A DNA stretch of 48,443 bases from Nemertoderma westbladi (taxonomy: Eukaryota; Animalia; Xenacoelomorpha): contig JAUCBJ010008906.1 of NCBI GenBank assembly GCA_032718475.1, positions 1-48,443 on the forward strand, in the 5' to 3' direction. How positions within the stretch are numbered: position 1 is the stretch's first letter; each line of letters opens with the position of its first letter. Under the pieces are notes generated by a model, which saw only the letters and a list, made by a program, of their open reading frames with translations, was not told the origin of the DNA and did not search any database. A program made the translations under genes and the position numbers. Positions 22,930 through 37,323 of this stretch are shown in pieces.

Positions 22930-25900
22930 TTATTGGAGATTGATAAGGTATGTCTTTAGAAGTTTTTTTACTTTGCATAACGATTTTGAGGTTTGAATTT
23001 CGGCCGGTATGATGTTCCATAGTTTGACTGCCTGATATGATATTGTGGATTTTCCGTAGTTCGTTTGATAAAGTGGGAGCCGATAGTGGTGGTTTTGTGC
23101 CGCGCGAGTTGGATACTTATGTACAGTACTTATTGGAACTAGGGTTGATTTAAGTCCTTCTGGAAGATGTTGGAGTCCTAATCGGTGACGGAAAATGTAC
23201 AGTAAACAACGATACTTATAGAGTGATTTAAGTTTTAGTATGTTTAGATTCTTAAACAACTCATGGGTAGGAAAGTTATATGGTTTTAAAAAGATAATTC
23301 GGATGTATCTCTTTTGTAGTTTAATTAACTGGTTTAGAACTGTATCGTGTTGAACCTCATGACAATTACCCCAGGCTGTTAAGGCAAAGGAAATATGGGA
23401 CTCGATCAATGTGTGATAAAGACTTAATCTGATTTTAAATGGTATGAAGTGTTTGATTTTATTTATTATCCCAATATTTTTTGATATTTTAACTCTGATG
23501 TGATCGACGTGCCTATTCCACTTTAAATTTTCACTAATGTAAATACCCAGGAATTTTATATGATTTACTTGTTCAATTTTGCAACCTCCGATTTTTAAAT
23601 ATTTTCCTAGTGATGATTGGTGATTAGAATTATTTTTAAATATGATGTACTTTGTTTTTGTGATATTTAAGGATAATTTATTTGTATTTAACCAAATCAT
23701 AACTTTCTCTAGTTCGAGATTTGCTTCCCGTAAAATTTCAGAAATGTTTTTACCGGTTAGAAATATATTACAATCGTCAGCAAAGAGGATAAAATTTAAC
23801 GTTTTTGATGAAGAAATTATGTCGTTCATGTATATTAAAAATAATAAAGGAACTAGTATTGATCCTTGGGGTACACCGCATTTGATTAATTGTTGGTTTG
23901 ATAAAGTTGATTTGTATTGAACTGACTGATATCTCTCTTCCAGGTAGCTTTTAAACCATTGCAAGGCTAATCCCCTTATTCCATAGTGTTCGAGTTTTTT
24001 AAATAATACATTGTGATCGACCGTATCGAACGCTTTCGATAGGTCTACGAATATTCCCAGAGTCGATTTTTTCGCTTCAGTGTTTTCCGTGAGGTTTTGA
24101 AGAAGTAGAGATATTGCTTGGTCGACTGATCGCCCTGTACGGAAACCGAATTGAGTGTCAATAAGTAATTTATGTTTGGCAAGAAATCCACTGAATTGTA
24201 AATAGACAGTCTTTTCTAAAAGTTTTGACAAAAAAGGTAGAACACTAATGGGGCGATAATTTTGAAACAGATTGGCGTCACCATTCTTAAAAATTGGTAC
24301 AACTTTGGAGAGTTTCATATTTTTAGGTACAATACCAGTTTTTAAACTAAAGTTAATTAGATGAGTGACGGGATCTGATATATATTGGATTATTTGTTTA
24401 AAAATTATAACATTTACCCCGTCTAGACCAGTGGAAATTTTGTTAGGCAGTGCATTGACCATATTTATGACTTCTTCATTGGTTACCGGACTGAAAAAAA
24501 TGGACTCTGATAAGGAATTTCCTAGATAGCTTTCTACCGTACAGTCGGTTTTGGGGATTTTATTAGCGAGATTTTGCCCAACTGCTGCAAAGTAGGTATT
24601 GAATCCATTAGATATTTCTGTTTCATTAGATGATAGTTTATTATTTACAAGAAATGTACTTGATATTTTACTTTTGTGTTTATTATTCATAAGTTCTCTT
24701 ATTACTCCCCATGTTTTTGAGATGTTGTTTTTGTATTTTTCAAACAGATTTGAGTAGTGAAATTTCCTGGCATTACGTATAATCTGGGTTAGGTTATTTT
24801 TGTAGTTAATATATAATTGCCTATTTTGTATAGTAGGATTTTTAAGGAGGATACCGTATAGTTGGTGCTTTTGTTTTATCGATGTGAATATGGACTCTGT
24901 AATCCACGGTTTGCTTTCGTTGATTATTTTGCATTCTTTTAGTGGAAAACATGTGTTGAATAAATTCTGATACTTTTGCATAAAATTATTGTAGGCGTTG
25001 TTTATATCGTCTTCTAGTGTAATGTTATCCCATCTGTTATTTTCATGCAACGATTTCAAAAGTTTTATAAATTTTTCCTTATTTTGGACGGATATATCGC
25101 GTTTGTAGTATATTTTATGTTTCCCAGGAGGACTGTTTATTGGTATATTACATTCGACCATAATCGGTAGGTGATCCGAAATGTCAGCCAACAGTATACC
25201 TGTGTGTACAACTGAGCCATAATCATTTGTTATAATGTTATCAATAGCTGTTGCCGAGTGGTCTGTGAATCTGGTGGGTTTGTTTATTAGTGGCACAAAG
25301 CAGTGGTTTGTTATCTTTTCCAAGAATTCCATTGGTATAGATGATTTATTTATGTGTAGGATATTGATGTTAAAGTCTCCAAGGATATAGGCAATTTTAC
25401 CTTCAGAATTAATTTTTCTTAGGCTTTTTTCTAAGTTATCGAAGAATGGTACAGTATCTGTCCCTGGTGGGCGGTATAGACAACCAAATATAACGTTTTT
25501 ATTGTTTTCCCGTTGCCATTCGACGAAAGTGGATTCATAAGTGTTTGGAATAAAATTGCCGATATCAGGTCTTGGAGAACAGTTTAAGTTATCTACAATG
25601 TACAAACCACATCCACCACCCGTTTGATCTTTTCTGTGGTTGTAAAAAAAATTATAATTATTTATTTTAAATGTGTCGTGATTGATGTTTGTTTGCCATG
25701 TTTCAGAAACCGCAATCACAGGGAAATTTAGGGGAATGCATTTTAAAGTTTCCTTAAGTTCCTCAAGATTTTTATTCAGACTCCGTATATTACAGTGAAA
25801 CATGGCAATGCTTGTTATAGAATTTTGTTGGATAGATGTTAAGTCGCGGTAGTATTGGGTATCTAAGTCTGCATTAAAATAATTACTGTCAGGGTCATTG

Positions 25901-26220
25901 TCTGTTAAATTATCGGTATCTTGTTCAAAAATGTTTGTATAATGAGAGTCTAGTAAATCCATGTTTATTACGGAAGGTAAGCGGTAATCAGCTATCGTAA
26001 GTAGAAATTCGTTTTGATCTGTAATTTTGGTAAAGGGTAAGTTATCTTCAATACAAAAAAGGCAAATCTAGTCACTCAATTGCTGCAGGTAATTTTTATC
26101 TGCTTTTTGGTTTCTACCAGGTAAACAATTTAAGTGGAAAGATTTATAGCAGCAATTACACTTTATAAGACATCGTTGTTGTATAATTTTTGAGCAAATT
26201 TCACAACTACTCCGCGTCAT
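22930..26220 (-). CDS. LINE ORF2: PHD finger + AP endonuclease + RT; one premature stop at 26068-26070, then 1010 aa open
   Basis: HCNIRSL, VSETW, GGGCGLYI, YRPP, GDFNI, IDNI, SDHLPI; VVPIFKNGD..NYRPISVLP, QFGFR, DLSKAFDTVDH, GVPQGSIL, FADD, KFLG. Upstream in frame from ATG 26220: CEIC..CNCC..FHLNC..*ICLFC. Confidence 0.93.
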
Positions 26221-26759
26221 TAGAAGTGGTATAGACTAAAACTACAGTAACAGTATTATTATATTACCCCAATACTTAATCCCGTTTTACAGTGAAATTA
26301 ACCCCTGAGTAAATTAAATTAACTACCTGAATATGAACTGTAGGCCTACCGGTAAACCTACCACAACAATCAACCCCCACTGCAGGTAATGTTGAATTCT
26401 ATATAAGGCGGTAAAAATCCCACTAATAAAGTATTGTTGCCTAGTTTATTCCCAGGAAAGACTCCCAAAAAAAAACTACTTATTATATACTTATTATAGT
26501 AATAAAGTACAGTTGTTTCCCAAAAAAAACTATATCTAGTAAAGCCAACTAAAACTAATAAGATATGTTTAAACTAAACTAATAAAATAAGATTGTACCG
26601 GCACTGCAAAAACAAAAACCTATAGAAATACACAGACAGTTTGACAAAGGCGAAGTGTTAGGTAATATCAACATAAAAGTTTTTCCCATACAGAATCGGC
26701 TCATCTGTATGCAGATAAACCACAAGGGGGAACTAGGTAGTGAGTGAAGAGCAAGCGAT

Positions 26760-27674
26760 TTAAGTAGTTTTCATTAAGCGAGATTGATTCCTGTCTCTTC
26801 GCGCTTTACGTTCTTCCCGAGTGAATGTTTTCACTCGCTCCAAGTCAGCGTGAACCATTATTGGAATTGGTCGGTCTGCGTCACCGATTGCGTACAGACG
26901 GCCATCCCGTGACCACCCTATACCTTTGATTCGGATCTTCCGTAGTAGATCCGACCGCGTGGTTGTCAGCGATTCCGTTATGTTATAATCGGTATTCCGT
27001 AGACGATTCGCTTGGGAAAACACACGGGCACGCACACGGTATCGCACAAATTTCACCATGATTGCCATTGGCTTATCGCTACTACCGGTACCTATTCCCG
27101 AACGCAGGCCCATTGTAGACTCAGTGTTACGTGGTGACAATCTATGACATCGGTCAAATTCCGTTTCCGGAATTTGGAGTCCGATTTGGTCCCGGAAAAA
27201 CGCTTGAACTATATTGTAGGTGTCATCTTCGGTTTCCTTGATTCTTTGTTGCACGCCATGTACGAGAATACAGTTCCGACGTGAGTACTGTTCCGCATCA
27301 TCTAAACGATGGGTAAGGACGTCTTTGACATTAATAAATTCGCCACGGATTTCTACCAGACGCTTTTTCATTGACTCAGTCTCGAAATTCACGTTATGCT
27401 TGATTGATGCTACCAGTTCTCTTTCTTCCTCCTTGTCGAATCCGAGAAATTTACTGTCGGTAGGTCCAGGATTATCGTCTTTATCGCTATTCGCATGTCG
27501 CTTGTTCAGTTCTTTACTTATAACTTCTGCGATCCTTAAGTCAAGATTGTTGAAACTGACTTCAAAGTCGTCGAGTCGAGATATTTGTTCGCTTATGGAT
27601 TTGTTAAGTTTATCAGAGTCGTTAACGGAGCTGTGGTCGTTTTTTGATTTACGGGAATGGTTTGACTTCGTCAT
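26760..27674 (-). CDS. LINE ORF1 (coiled coil + L1-like RRM/CTD nucleic-acid-binding protein)
   Basis: LDDAEQYSRRNCILVHGV, FDRCHRL, AIMVKFVRY, ITESLT..R, WSRDG; lies upstream of ORF2. Confidence 0.88.
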   Translation of the reverse strand: MTKSNHSRKSKNDHSSVNDSDKLNKSISEQISRLDDFEVSFNNLDLRIAEVISKELNKRHANSDKDDNPGPTDSKFLGFDKEEERELVASIKHNVNFETESMKKRLVEIRGEFINVKDVLTHRLDDAEQYSRRNCILVHGVQQRIKETEDDTYNIVQAFFRDQIGLQIPETEFDRCHRLSPRNTESTMGLRSGIGTGSSDKPMAIMVKFVRYRVRARVFSQANRLRNTDYNITESLTTTRSDLLRKIRIKGIGWSRDGRLYAIGDADRPIPIMVHADLERVKTFTREERKARRDRNQSRLMKTT

Positions 27675-29056
27675 TGGGATGAATTGATGCGATATCAGTA
27701 TATAGATAATTAAATTGGAAGATTACATTGGCTGATTGGTTGGGCCGATCTGTTGGATGGTGGAATTCTTTCAATCGCCGTTAAGTCATTGGTTGTCTGT
27801 GTAAATCACAGATTCATATTTCAGTATTTTGCAGTGCTTTACAGCTGTCTTTTTACAGTAGGCCTAACTAAACTGAAAAAAACTTGTTATACATACCGTT
27901 ATAGTTAAATTAACCCCGGTACTACATCAGGACTGCTTGGCGTAGGTAAAGACTGGTGATTTTGTGCTCCGGTCACTCCAGCAGATACCGTGGTTCTTTT
28001 GGCTGTTCAAGTATATTTAACTGCTGGTTATTTGTTGTACAAGTACTTGTACCTAACTTAGGGTTTAGAGTACAGTGCTTTCCGAAAGTAATTTAGTGTG
28101 TAGGCAGTATATTTGTGTTGTAACGTGGTTAATAGGCACGTTAGCTCTGGTTGGCTTCGGTAATTAACCTCTAGGTAGGGACACTCCGGGTACATAACGT
28201 AGTACTTATAGAGCTAAGACTATAAGTCGTCAGACGGTGGTATTTCCTTATCTGGACAACGCAACTTACTTACTACTGCTTTATTGTTTTCAAATACTGT
28301 AGTTTCCTGTCAGTTAGTAAGAACCAGAAATTCTAACATCTTGTTAGGCTGGTTCGTAGATTTCTTGTAAAATTACCCTAAAAAATTGTACGTGTAACTT
28401 TTATTGTTTATTTAGAGATTGCAATCTCAAACTATAATTGTAAGTAATTTGTAGTGATAAGTAACTTAGTAAAGTAGAATTATCTGTATTAGTGTCTAAC
28501 AAGTAGCACTCCACTGAGAGCGTTCAGCTTCTGTGTAGTGACTCCTTATCCAGAAATAATAACATTTATTTCAAATATTGTCAAAACCCCTTGTACGGGT
28601 ATATATTTATATATATTATATATTATATATATTATATATTTATAAATCAACTCAAACAGATTTATAAAATAGTAGGCCTGTTATAAATCAAATAGGTCTT
28701 AATATCAGTTGAACTACTGCTTAATATCAGTAATAAAGTAACGGGAAGTAACCCTAAAATTCAGAAATTCAGTTATTATTAAATAATTGACATTACCGGT
28801 ATTTACGGTAAGCTTATTATATTTATATAAATTTAGGCTGAAATTATATACCGGTATTCTCTGACTGATCCTAGTCTGTAAATAATACTTATATATATAC
28901 TATAAGTGTATACCGGTATTTTAATATGTTATATAGATCACGTTACACTGAGTAACGGTATCGGTATCTAACTACTAGGCTTACAGTTGATATTGATTCT
29001 TCTAGACTTGCTTTAACTGCCATTATAGTAGTAGGCATTCAACTGTAAAATAAATC

Positions 29057-31670
29057 ATGTCTGACACAAAGCAAACACTGTCAGATAGTCTCCTAGAAAC
29101 AACAATTTGTGACCCAGACAAGAGTATCGAACATCTCAGACCAAAGTCCAAGTCCCCTCCTACTGTAAGAAAGGTCATCCCTACAGTAGTAGTATCAGAC
29201 CCTAGGCTAGTAAAGCACCATAGGTCTATTATAGGCACTAGGGCTCAAGTTAAGCTAGACCAAGAGACGGCTGTTAAACAGCAGCAGCACCCGAGCCGAG
29301 AACTTATTTCTCAATGGCAGGATAACTCTAGTAGTTCAGACACTGAAGAGTTAACGCCCGAGATCGGAGCAAGGATGGGAGAAGCGGTTTATCCAGATCC
29401 ACTTCTAATTCTTCCTGGGGCCGTACTCACTAGAGTATTGATCGCGGTGGAGGAACATCAAGCCGATTGGGCGAGAAATAAGAGATCGACCAGGGACAGT
29501 TATGCGGGATACACGATGGAGGAACTGAGGTCTATTGTCGAGACGCAATGGAACTTCCCCAGACCCGGACTCCCATTTAACTTATCGGAAGCTGCCTGGG
29601 AGGACTTATACAGAATGGGAATAGTAAGGGACACTCGAGATCCAGCTGTATGGAAGAGGTCGGCAGCAGGATATGTCCAGGGATTCTACAGCTCTTTGGA
29701 GCGACTAGAGGAACACCTATTTCAACAACGTCAAGGGACCTCAAGAGCAGGGAGAGCTGCTTTATCAAGTGCGAGAACAAATCTTACGGATCAGACTAAT
29801 CCTTTCAGCCTTTGAGGAAGCCTCGAAGAGAAGCCAAGAAACGTCGTTGCAAGTGGCTGTAAAGACTTGGTTCCAACGAGTGAGTGTTAAGGTCCAGGGA
29901 ACGACACAATGGATGGTTCAGTTGACTGAGCGCATAACCCACGGAGAATCAACAGACGCCACCTTTTCTCATGTGGAAGGCGAAGCAACATCCGAAAAAC
30001 CTCAGAAGAAGGATGCGATTGACATCTATCTGTCGGATTATCAACGATTTATAGGTGACAAGAACTCAGAAGACGGCTAGCTGGACTTCATCCCAATAGT
30101 GAGGGAGCCAAATTCGTGTTAGATTCTTTAGATGCGGAAATAGTAGCTGCAGAACATGCTAAACTTGATGAAAGCATCATCATTGCTATGGACCAAGAAG
30201 AGCAAATAAAGAGGAAGCAAATAGAAGGATGAAGGTCAGCGGCAGCGGCAGAATCTGAAAGAAAAGCGGCAGCGGCAGCGGCAGAATTAGAAAGAAAGGC
30301 GGCAGCAGCAGCAGCAGAATTAGAAAGAAAGGCGGCAGCGGCAGCGGCAGAATTAGAAAGAAAGGTGGCAGCAGCAGCGGCAGCAACAGAGGCTGAAAGA
30401 AAGGTGGCAGTGGCAGAAGCAGAAGCAGAAAGACGAGCATCTGAAGAGACAACCCAACTAGAGTTGGAAAATCTTCAAGCGAAGCAAGATTACTTAAATA
30501 AACAGAGAACAGCTACTCAGATGCAACTGCTGAGTCGATCCACTCCCAGGAGACAGGGATTCACCTCCTCTGATGAAGGTGATACAACAGATCCTGAAGG
30601 TAGAGGTAGTAAATCTCGCAGACGTAGAAGAGCGCCACACTGGCAGAAGTTGCCTAATTTGCCTCCTGCGGTGAGAAGGCAACTAGCTAGTGTAGACTTA
30701 AGTATTCCTGAGCCTACAGACCAAATTATTAGAGTAGAAAGACTCCCTACTATAGTAGATGAGCCCGAAATAATTAAGCCTGTTGTTGAAGCCACTCACT
30801 TGGTGGAGACCCCTGTACTTCCAGAACCTAACTCTAAATTCCCTTTGCACAGTACTAAACTACCTGTGCCCAGTAGACAAGCCCCGGAATCACATCCAGT
30901 CCTGGACGCCGAGCAAGACATGAATGAGTTGTCCCCCGTTGTCCCTACGCGTCACCCTGCTACCATGTTGGCGGCTCCCGCTTTAGCGGTTGAGTGGGTG
31001 GACGAGGGACGACAGGGGAATGAATCAGTTGCTCGGGCAGCTGGAGTACCACAAGAGAAGGTCTTCCCAGCAGGTCCGAGAATTGGAAGGGACTGTTCAG
31101 CAGTTAAAGGGAACAGTAAGAGAGAGTAGGTTAGAGTTGCAAGAAGTACAACAAAGTATCGCTTTAGAGCGCGATAAATTAGTAAATATACAAATGGGTA
31201 TACCACCACCCCCTGTAACAATGTGTCAACCCGTTAGGTCTGAAGTATTTCATGCGCAAGGTGTGGAGCCTACACGCATCTATACTGCTAGTGAAGTAGA
31301 AACTCCTATAGTAAACCCTATTAAGGGTAATTATAAACCCATTGATAATGATATCCCATACAGATCTGATCATAATCCGAGAAATTTATATACCAATAAC
31401 TCGATATTAAATAATACGATGGCTCAAGAAAGTTTTACACGTCAAATAGACGCGCTTGAGACATTAGAAAAACAGCCTGCTTGACCGCAACCATTGCAGA
31501 CGTATGCGGGAAGAACGAAAGTGGGTTGGTACTTCACTGGACCTTCCCGTAGAACCCTAATGGAAAGATTCCCTAATGAAAGAATCGATCAGGTGAGTGA
31601 ATGGGAAGAAGAAATCAGTGAGGAAGGAACCACAACTGAGGAAACTCCATACTCCTACCTAAAGAGGTGA
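29057..31670 (+). pseudogene. Probable N-terminal gag region of E2, fragmented
   Basis: Chain of overlapping plus-strand ORFs (29057-29815, 29769-30080, 30365-31129, 30990-31484, readable to ~31670) with coiled-coil segments; assigned by position, no diagnostic motif. Confidence 0.6.
30235..30430 (+). repeat. ~30-36-bp coding tandem repeat (A4-6ELERK)
   Basis: GGCGGCAGCGGCAGCGGCAGAATTAGAAAGAAA repeated about 5-6 times. Confidence 0.85.
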
Positions 31671-33049
31671 GGTCTCTATAGGGGTGGGAGTAACAGGCGG
31701 CAACGGACACGTGAGGGTCTGGGGGCACGTTAAATTGGATTATAGTGCAAGGGAGTCACTGAAGGCCCTCGTGTCTAGCGAACCATTAATCAACATGGTG
31801 CCATGGTACCATCTAGTCGGCCTGTTGCCGTACTGCTAGTCCTGTACACAGTAGGGGTGGTGGCTTGGTGTGATCTGTGGTCTATGTGGTCTATGTGGTG
31901 TCTATGTTTGGTATGTATGAGTTGACCAGACTCTTTACTGTCTCCGATCGGCTGCCGAAACGTGCCTTTTCCCAGGGTAGCACTATTGGAATGGAGGTGT
32001 TGCATCGGAATGGACAGGTTTCTGATGATTCTGTTGGTACTACTATTGGAATGGAGGTGGCACCCGGAATATCGGCTGCAAGGAGGGGTTGGTGTTGTAG
32101 TGTGGTCCGAGTGAATGATACTCTGGAATCTGTGGTTTGTGTGTGTGTTGCTTGGGGCTTGGATGGCTTCCTTTGGCCATCAGCTGTTCCGTTTTTTTGA
32201 TACTATATGTTATTGTCTCCATGTTCAGCTGATTGGTCTTTGGAATTTGTTCGGGTCTTTGAGCTTTCTGTTGCTGTGGGTACGTGAGTACACGTGATTG
32301 TATGTATGGCCACTGCGAGTGAGTATGGGAACCCTTGCCGGTTGGTCCAGACGCCGCTGGTATGAGTAGGACCATATATTTTTACTGCGCCCCAGCATAC
32401 TTTGTGCACACAAAGTTATTTTGCCCTGACGGCAAAATAAGTTACTCTTGACTCTTTTATCATTCAATACAATTTTGTCCCCTCTGATTTTGTGACCGAT
32501 TTGTCTTTCCCGATTATGTCCTCTGTGTGTGCATGGTATGTGTCCAATTTTGTGTTTACCGTTGTGTACTTGATTTCATGAGCATCTGTTGAGTACACGT
32601 GTACAGTGACTAGTAAGTGGTGACTTGTTCTTAGCTTTTAAGCTAGACAGTATTGCCTTTCAATACTGCCGGCGAGGCGGGTGAAAATGTGTCAATATTC
32701 CATGTTGGGTAGCACAAGCCCACTTGGGACAAGACCGTCGGTTTGGCTCAAGGGCGACCTTGATGCTCGATCGCTATCAACTGGTCCACCCGTCGGTTGA
32801 CTCTCTGAGTTGGCTCAATGTACAGTCAGGCCACAGTAAGTTGAAAGTAGCCGACCATCTGGCTACATGTGCGACAAGCTGTGCCGGTGTGATCGGGGGA
32901 TTGAAAATTGAACCCGGGAAGCATCGGGCTACCCTCCTGCCCGGTCTGATAAAAATGGAGTCAGAATGGCCCCAAGGGTGGTGGGACAGCGTCCACCTCG
33001 TGGGTGCGCCTCGGGGAGGAGCCCAGAAGGACAGCAAGCGCAGACAACG

Positions 33050-36000
33050 ACGACATTAACCAGTTGTATGATGAGGAAAATGTCTTAGATATCCTCACTG
33101 AGAACCAAACTTGGTTAAACCAAGCCAACCTATGCCATCTTATCAATCAACATGGCGGACAATTAACTTATAATGACGAAGTAAACGAAGTGATAGATCG
33201 ATACAATAACAAAATCCGTGATGAACATGCCGTACGATTCTTTACTCAAGAAGCCGTAGAGCCTAATTCCTACGACAAAGCCTTGTCTGTCGAGGAAGAG
33301 AGAGCCAATCAGATTCAGGAAACGACCACACATTATCTGAAGGATGAAGGTCGCTATGAGATTGGTCTTCCGTTCCGACGGCGAGAACCCAGCTTTGCAA
33401 ATAACCGACCTTTAGCGGAAAAGAGAATCGCACAACTACATCGGCGTCTTACGGCCAACATTCAAGCCAGGGAAATGTATAAAACCCAGCTGAAGAAATT
33501 TATTGATAAAGGATACGCGGAGCTAGTTCCGGAAGAAACACCCATAACGGAAAGAACGTATTATCTAACACATCATTACGTTCCCAAGCCCGGTAAACCC
33601 AACGAAGTCCGGGTAATGTTTGATGGCTCTGCCCTTTACATGGGTCAATCCCTTTACTCAGAACTGTAGCCGGGACCCAACTTACTCCAATCTTTGTTGG
33701 GAATATTATTGAGACTGCGGCAATATTCTATCGCATTCGCTTCGGACATCGAAGGCATGTTCTTACAAGTCAAGGCGCTGGATAGGGATCGAGACAGCCT
33801 ACGATTTCTGTGGTGGCCTGAAGGAGACCTCAACCGATAACCGGTGGAGTACTGGATGACCATCCAGGCTTTCGGGATCATCTCGAGCCCCTCCGAACGC
33901 TTGTTCGGTAGTGCATACCACTGCCGATGACAACCGAGATGCCTTCTCTAAAGCGGTTATCGACAACATCAAACGGTATATATACATGGACGACAATTTA
34001 AAGTCCCTCCCATCGGTGGAAGAAGCCATTGATGTTGCCAAGGGAACGGTAGAGTGCTTGCAACGCGGTGGATTTCGGCTAACCAAATTCACTAGTAACT
34101 CCCGTTTCTGGAATCGATCCCGGTAGAAGACCGAGGTGTTAAAGATCTGGACCTCATCAAGGACGATCTTCTGGAAACCAAGATGCTTGGATTAAAATGG
34201 GACACCGAGAGAGATATCTTGTTTTTCCAGTTAAAACAGCGAGATAATCCAGTTAGAACTAAATGGATTTGTCTAAGTATCCTGAGCACTTATTTCAATC
34301 AATTGGGATTTATTAGCCCAGTTATATTAGTTGCTCGGAGCTTAGTGCAACAAATGTGGCTCGAAAACCACTCGTGGGATGATCCACTTAAGGGAGAACT
34401 GCTAAAGAAGTGGATGAAATGGGAAGATTCTCTACCATCCATCGAGAACTTTAAGATTTCCCGTTCATATTTTGGTCACGTTCTCCCCACGTATTCCTAT
34501 CAACTCCATGTGTTTGGAGACGCCAGCGATATGGGAATAGGTATAGTAGCCTACCTGAGGGTTGAAACTCCGGATGGAATTAAAGTTGTCTTGGTCGCCT
34601 CTAAGCCCCTAATAAACAACAAACTACGAGTTCCTCGAGCGGAGTTAAAGGCGGCTCTATACGCTACAGCCATTGGCCGGAATGTAACAGAACAGATCGA
34701 CTATCCACTGGAGAAAACTGTCTATTGGACTGAAGCTTCACACGTTCTGGAGTATATAACAAATGAAGTCTGTCAGTTCAGCATCTTTGTTACCAACAGA
34801 GTAGCCATTATACTCAGTTGCTCTAATGCCGATCAATGGAGACATTGCCCTGGGATGATCAATCCAGCCGACATCGCCTCCAGAGGAGCAACTCCTCAAG
34901 AACTGATAGATACTGATAGAGGATGAATGGCCTTCTCATCTTACCACGGCTGAGATTAGACAAGCCAAGGGAGCGGAGAAAGTCAAACCTAAAACCCGGA
35001 CGAGTAAATCAAAGTTATTTAAACCCGTGATAGATCTGTCTGTACTACACATCTCCGGGGACGACGCTGTGGATCAAAACTCCCCCAGCACGAACAAATC
35101 TGTTATAGAAATCAGGGAAAGAGACTGGAAATCTGGAACACCAGATGTCTCGCAAGGACTCTCCCCTCTCCTACAGAGAGCAATAAATCATTATAGCTCC
35201 TGGAATCGGCTTTGCAAGGCCGTTGTGCATCTTAAAAGATGTCTCCATCATCACTATTCCAGTATGAAGATCGCTAGTGATACCCATCCAATGATATCCG
35301 AAAAGGTCCATGCTATTAAAGACCTTCCCGCTTATAAAGTGTCTGATAGGTTTCTGACGGAGAAGATCAGTTACCAAGAGCATGAGGATACCAATAAGCA
35401 GATACTGAGACTCCTGCAATGCTACGAAGATTCCGATAAGTATTTCCTGTTGTTGAGAAATCCACAGATGCGCTTAAGGGATCGTTTCTCTAGCACCATG
35501 ATAGATGGGTTAATACGTGTTGGAGGGAGACTAACTAATGCTCCATTGTCCTTTGACACTAAGTTTCCCATACTCATTAGAAATCTTGAAATACAAATCA
35601 AGATGATTGTAGATGTTCACAGTAGACTTTACCATGCAGGTAGAGAACGAGTTCTTAGCGAAATTCGAACTCGCTATTATTTCCATAAGCCCTGTAGAGC
35701 TCTGAACCAAGTTCTTAGGAACTGTATACCCTATAGGAAAGCATTTATTATGCCTTTAACACAGAGAGAGGCAGAATTACCTAGGGAACGCGTAAGCTTC
35801 TATGAACCACCCTTTACTAATACTGGTGTGGATTTATTTGGCCCTATTGAAGTATATCGTGCTAGGACTATAGTCAAGCGATGGTGTATCATCTTTGTCT
35901 GTATGACTTGTAGAGCGATCTTCATACTGAGTTTATGCCGACAGATCGCTCGTTTTGGGACTAGCAACACTATGAGATCCGACAAAGGAACGAACTTCAT

Positions 36001-36794
36001 TGGCGCCAATAATGAGATCAAAGCTTACGTGAAAGATTGGAACCAAAGACAGGTGGACGATCAGCTAAGGGTAACAGCATCTAGCTGGACCTTCAATGCC
36101 GCCGACGCCCCTTGGTGGGGAGGAAGTTGGGAGAGATTAATACGGACCGTGAAGACCGCATTTCACTTTATAGTGCCGTGCCGCGCGTATCTCACCGACG
36201 AACTTTTGCGGACGTTAATGGAAGAAATCGCCGCCTATCTCAACTAGAGACAGCTTTTGTCAGTGTCATCGAGTCCCGACTCCCTAGAAGCGCTGACACC
36301 TGCGCATTTCCTACTAAAGAAGCCTGTAGCCATGCTCCCGCAATCAGAAATCATGGACGGAAACGAATACTGCCAACAAACTTAAGCAACTTATGCAGTT
36401 GTTGTCCCGTCGTTTCGCTGACCATTTCGAAAAACATTATCTTCCTACGCTACAACTTCGAACAAAGTGGTTTGCGCAGCAAGAAAACGTCAGCACCGGA
36501 GACATGGTCCTTATCGTGGAATCAGATCTTCCACGTAAGAGGTGGCAGACAGGTCGTATCATCGAGACTCATATATCCGATGATGGTTTAGTGCGATCGG
36601 TAGAACTCGTCGTCATGCGACGTAACTTTAAGAAACCTGGAATTGTATTCGAAACACAACAACTTAATCGCCCAGTTGGTCGTTTATGTATACTGGAAAG
36701 AGACCGAGAGTTATCCGGAAACTATGGAATGCAAGATACTCTTCCCACGACCACCTCCCTAATCCAACAAACATCTAGGGACTCCCCAACATAA
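33050..36794 (+). pseudogene. RT, RNase H, integrase and DUF5641-like region of E2, with many stops and frameshifts
   Basis: GRYEIGLPF, YYLTHH..VRVMFDGSA, DIEGMFLQV, LRFLWW, YMDD; FGDAS, PRAELKAA, NPADIASRG; TGVDLFGP, SDKGTNFIG, APWWGGSWERLI; YLPTLQLRTKW..DGLVRSV. Confidence 0.94.
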
Positions 36795-37323
36795 CAGCGT
36801 CTGGAGTGGGTGTGTGACTACATTATTTTATATTTTTTTTTATTATTTTATATTTATGTATGTATTATTATGTAATTTTATTATTACAATCGTTTTCTTT
36901 AATTTTATTTAGTAGAATAATATTTTAATGATTATTCAGTAGATTAGTGCAATATATATTCGTGTTTATTACTTAATTACTTAGCATAATATATTTCGTT
37001 TAACGGCGAGAAATAATTCATTTTCTCTTTCCTTACTGTCCGTATCATACTATAAATACGTGACTACAGTAAGATGAAATGTCCGTACTTATTAAAGTAC
37101 AAAATACCGCCCCTACTATACTCAAGTATTATTGGTAAGTAGAGTATTAGGAATGCAAAGTTCAGATCCTCGTGTCTCGGCTAAACCAAGCTCTGGGTAG
37201 ACCTTGGAAACGACTTGCCTCTTCTCACTGACATTGCTTCTTGCAATATTGCTCTCATACCGTATATTAAATAATACATATAGTAGAATGATGTCCATTT
37301 AACAGTAGCGTGAAACGCAAAAT

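Larger units (their letters stand above)
22387..28545 (-). mobile_element. CR1-group (CR1/Crack/L2-like) LINE, near full length, antisense in the E2 leader
   Basis: Poly(A) tail seen as a T run at 22387-22422, 3' UTR, ORF2 and ORF1 in LINE order. The 5' end is a guess; no TSD found. Confidence 0.88.
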
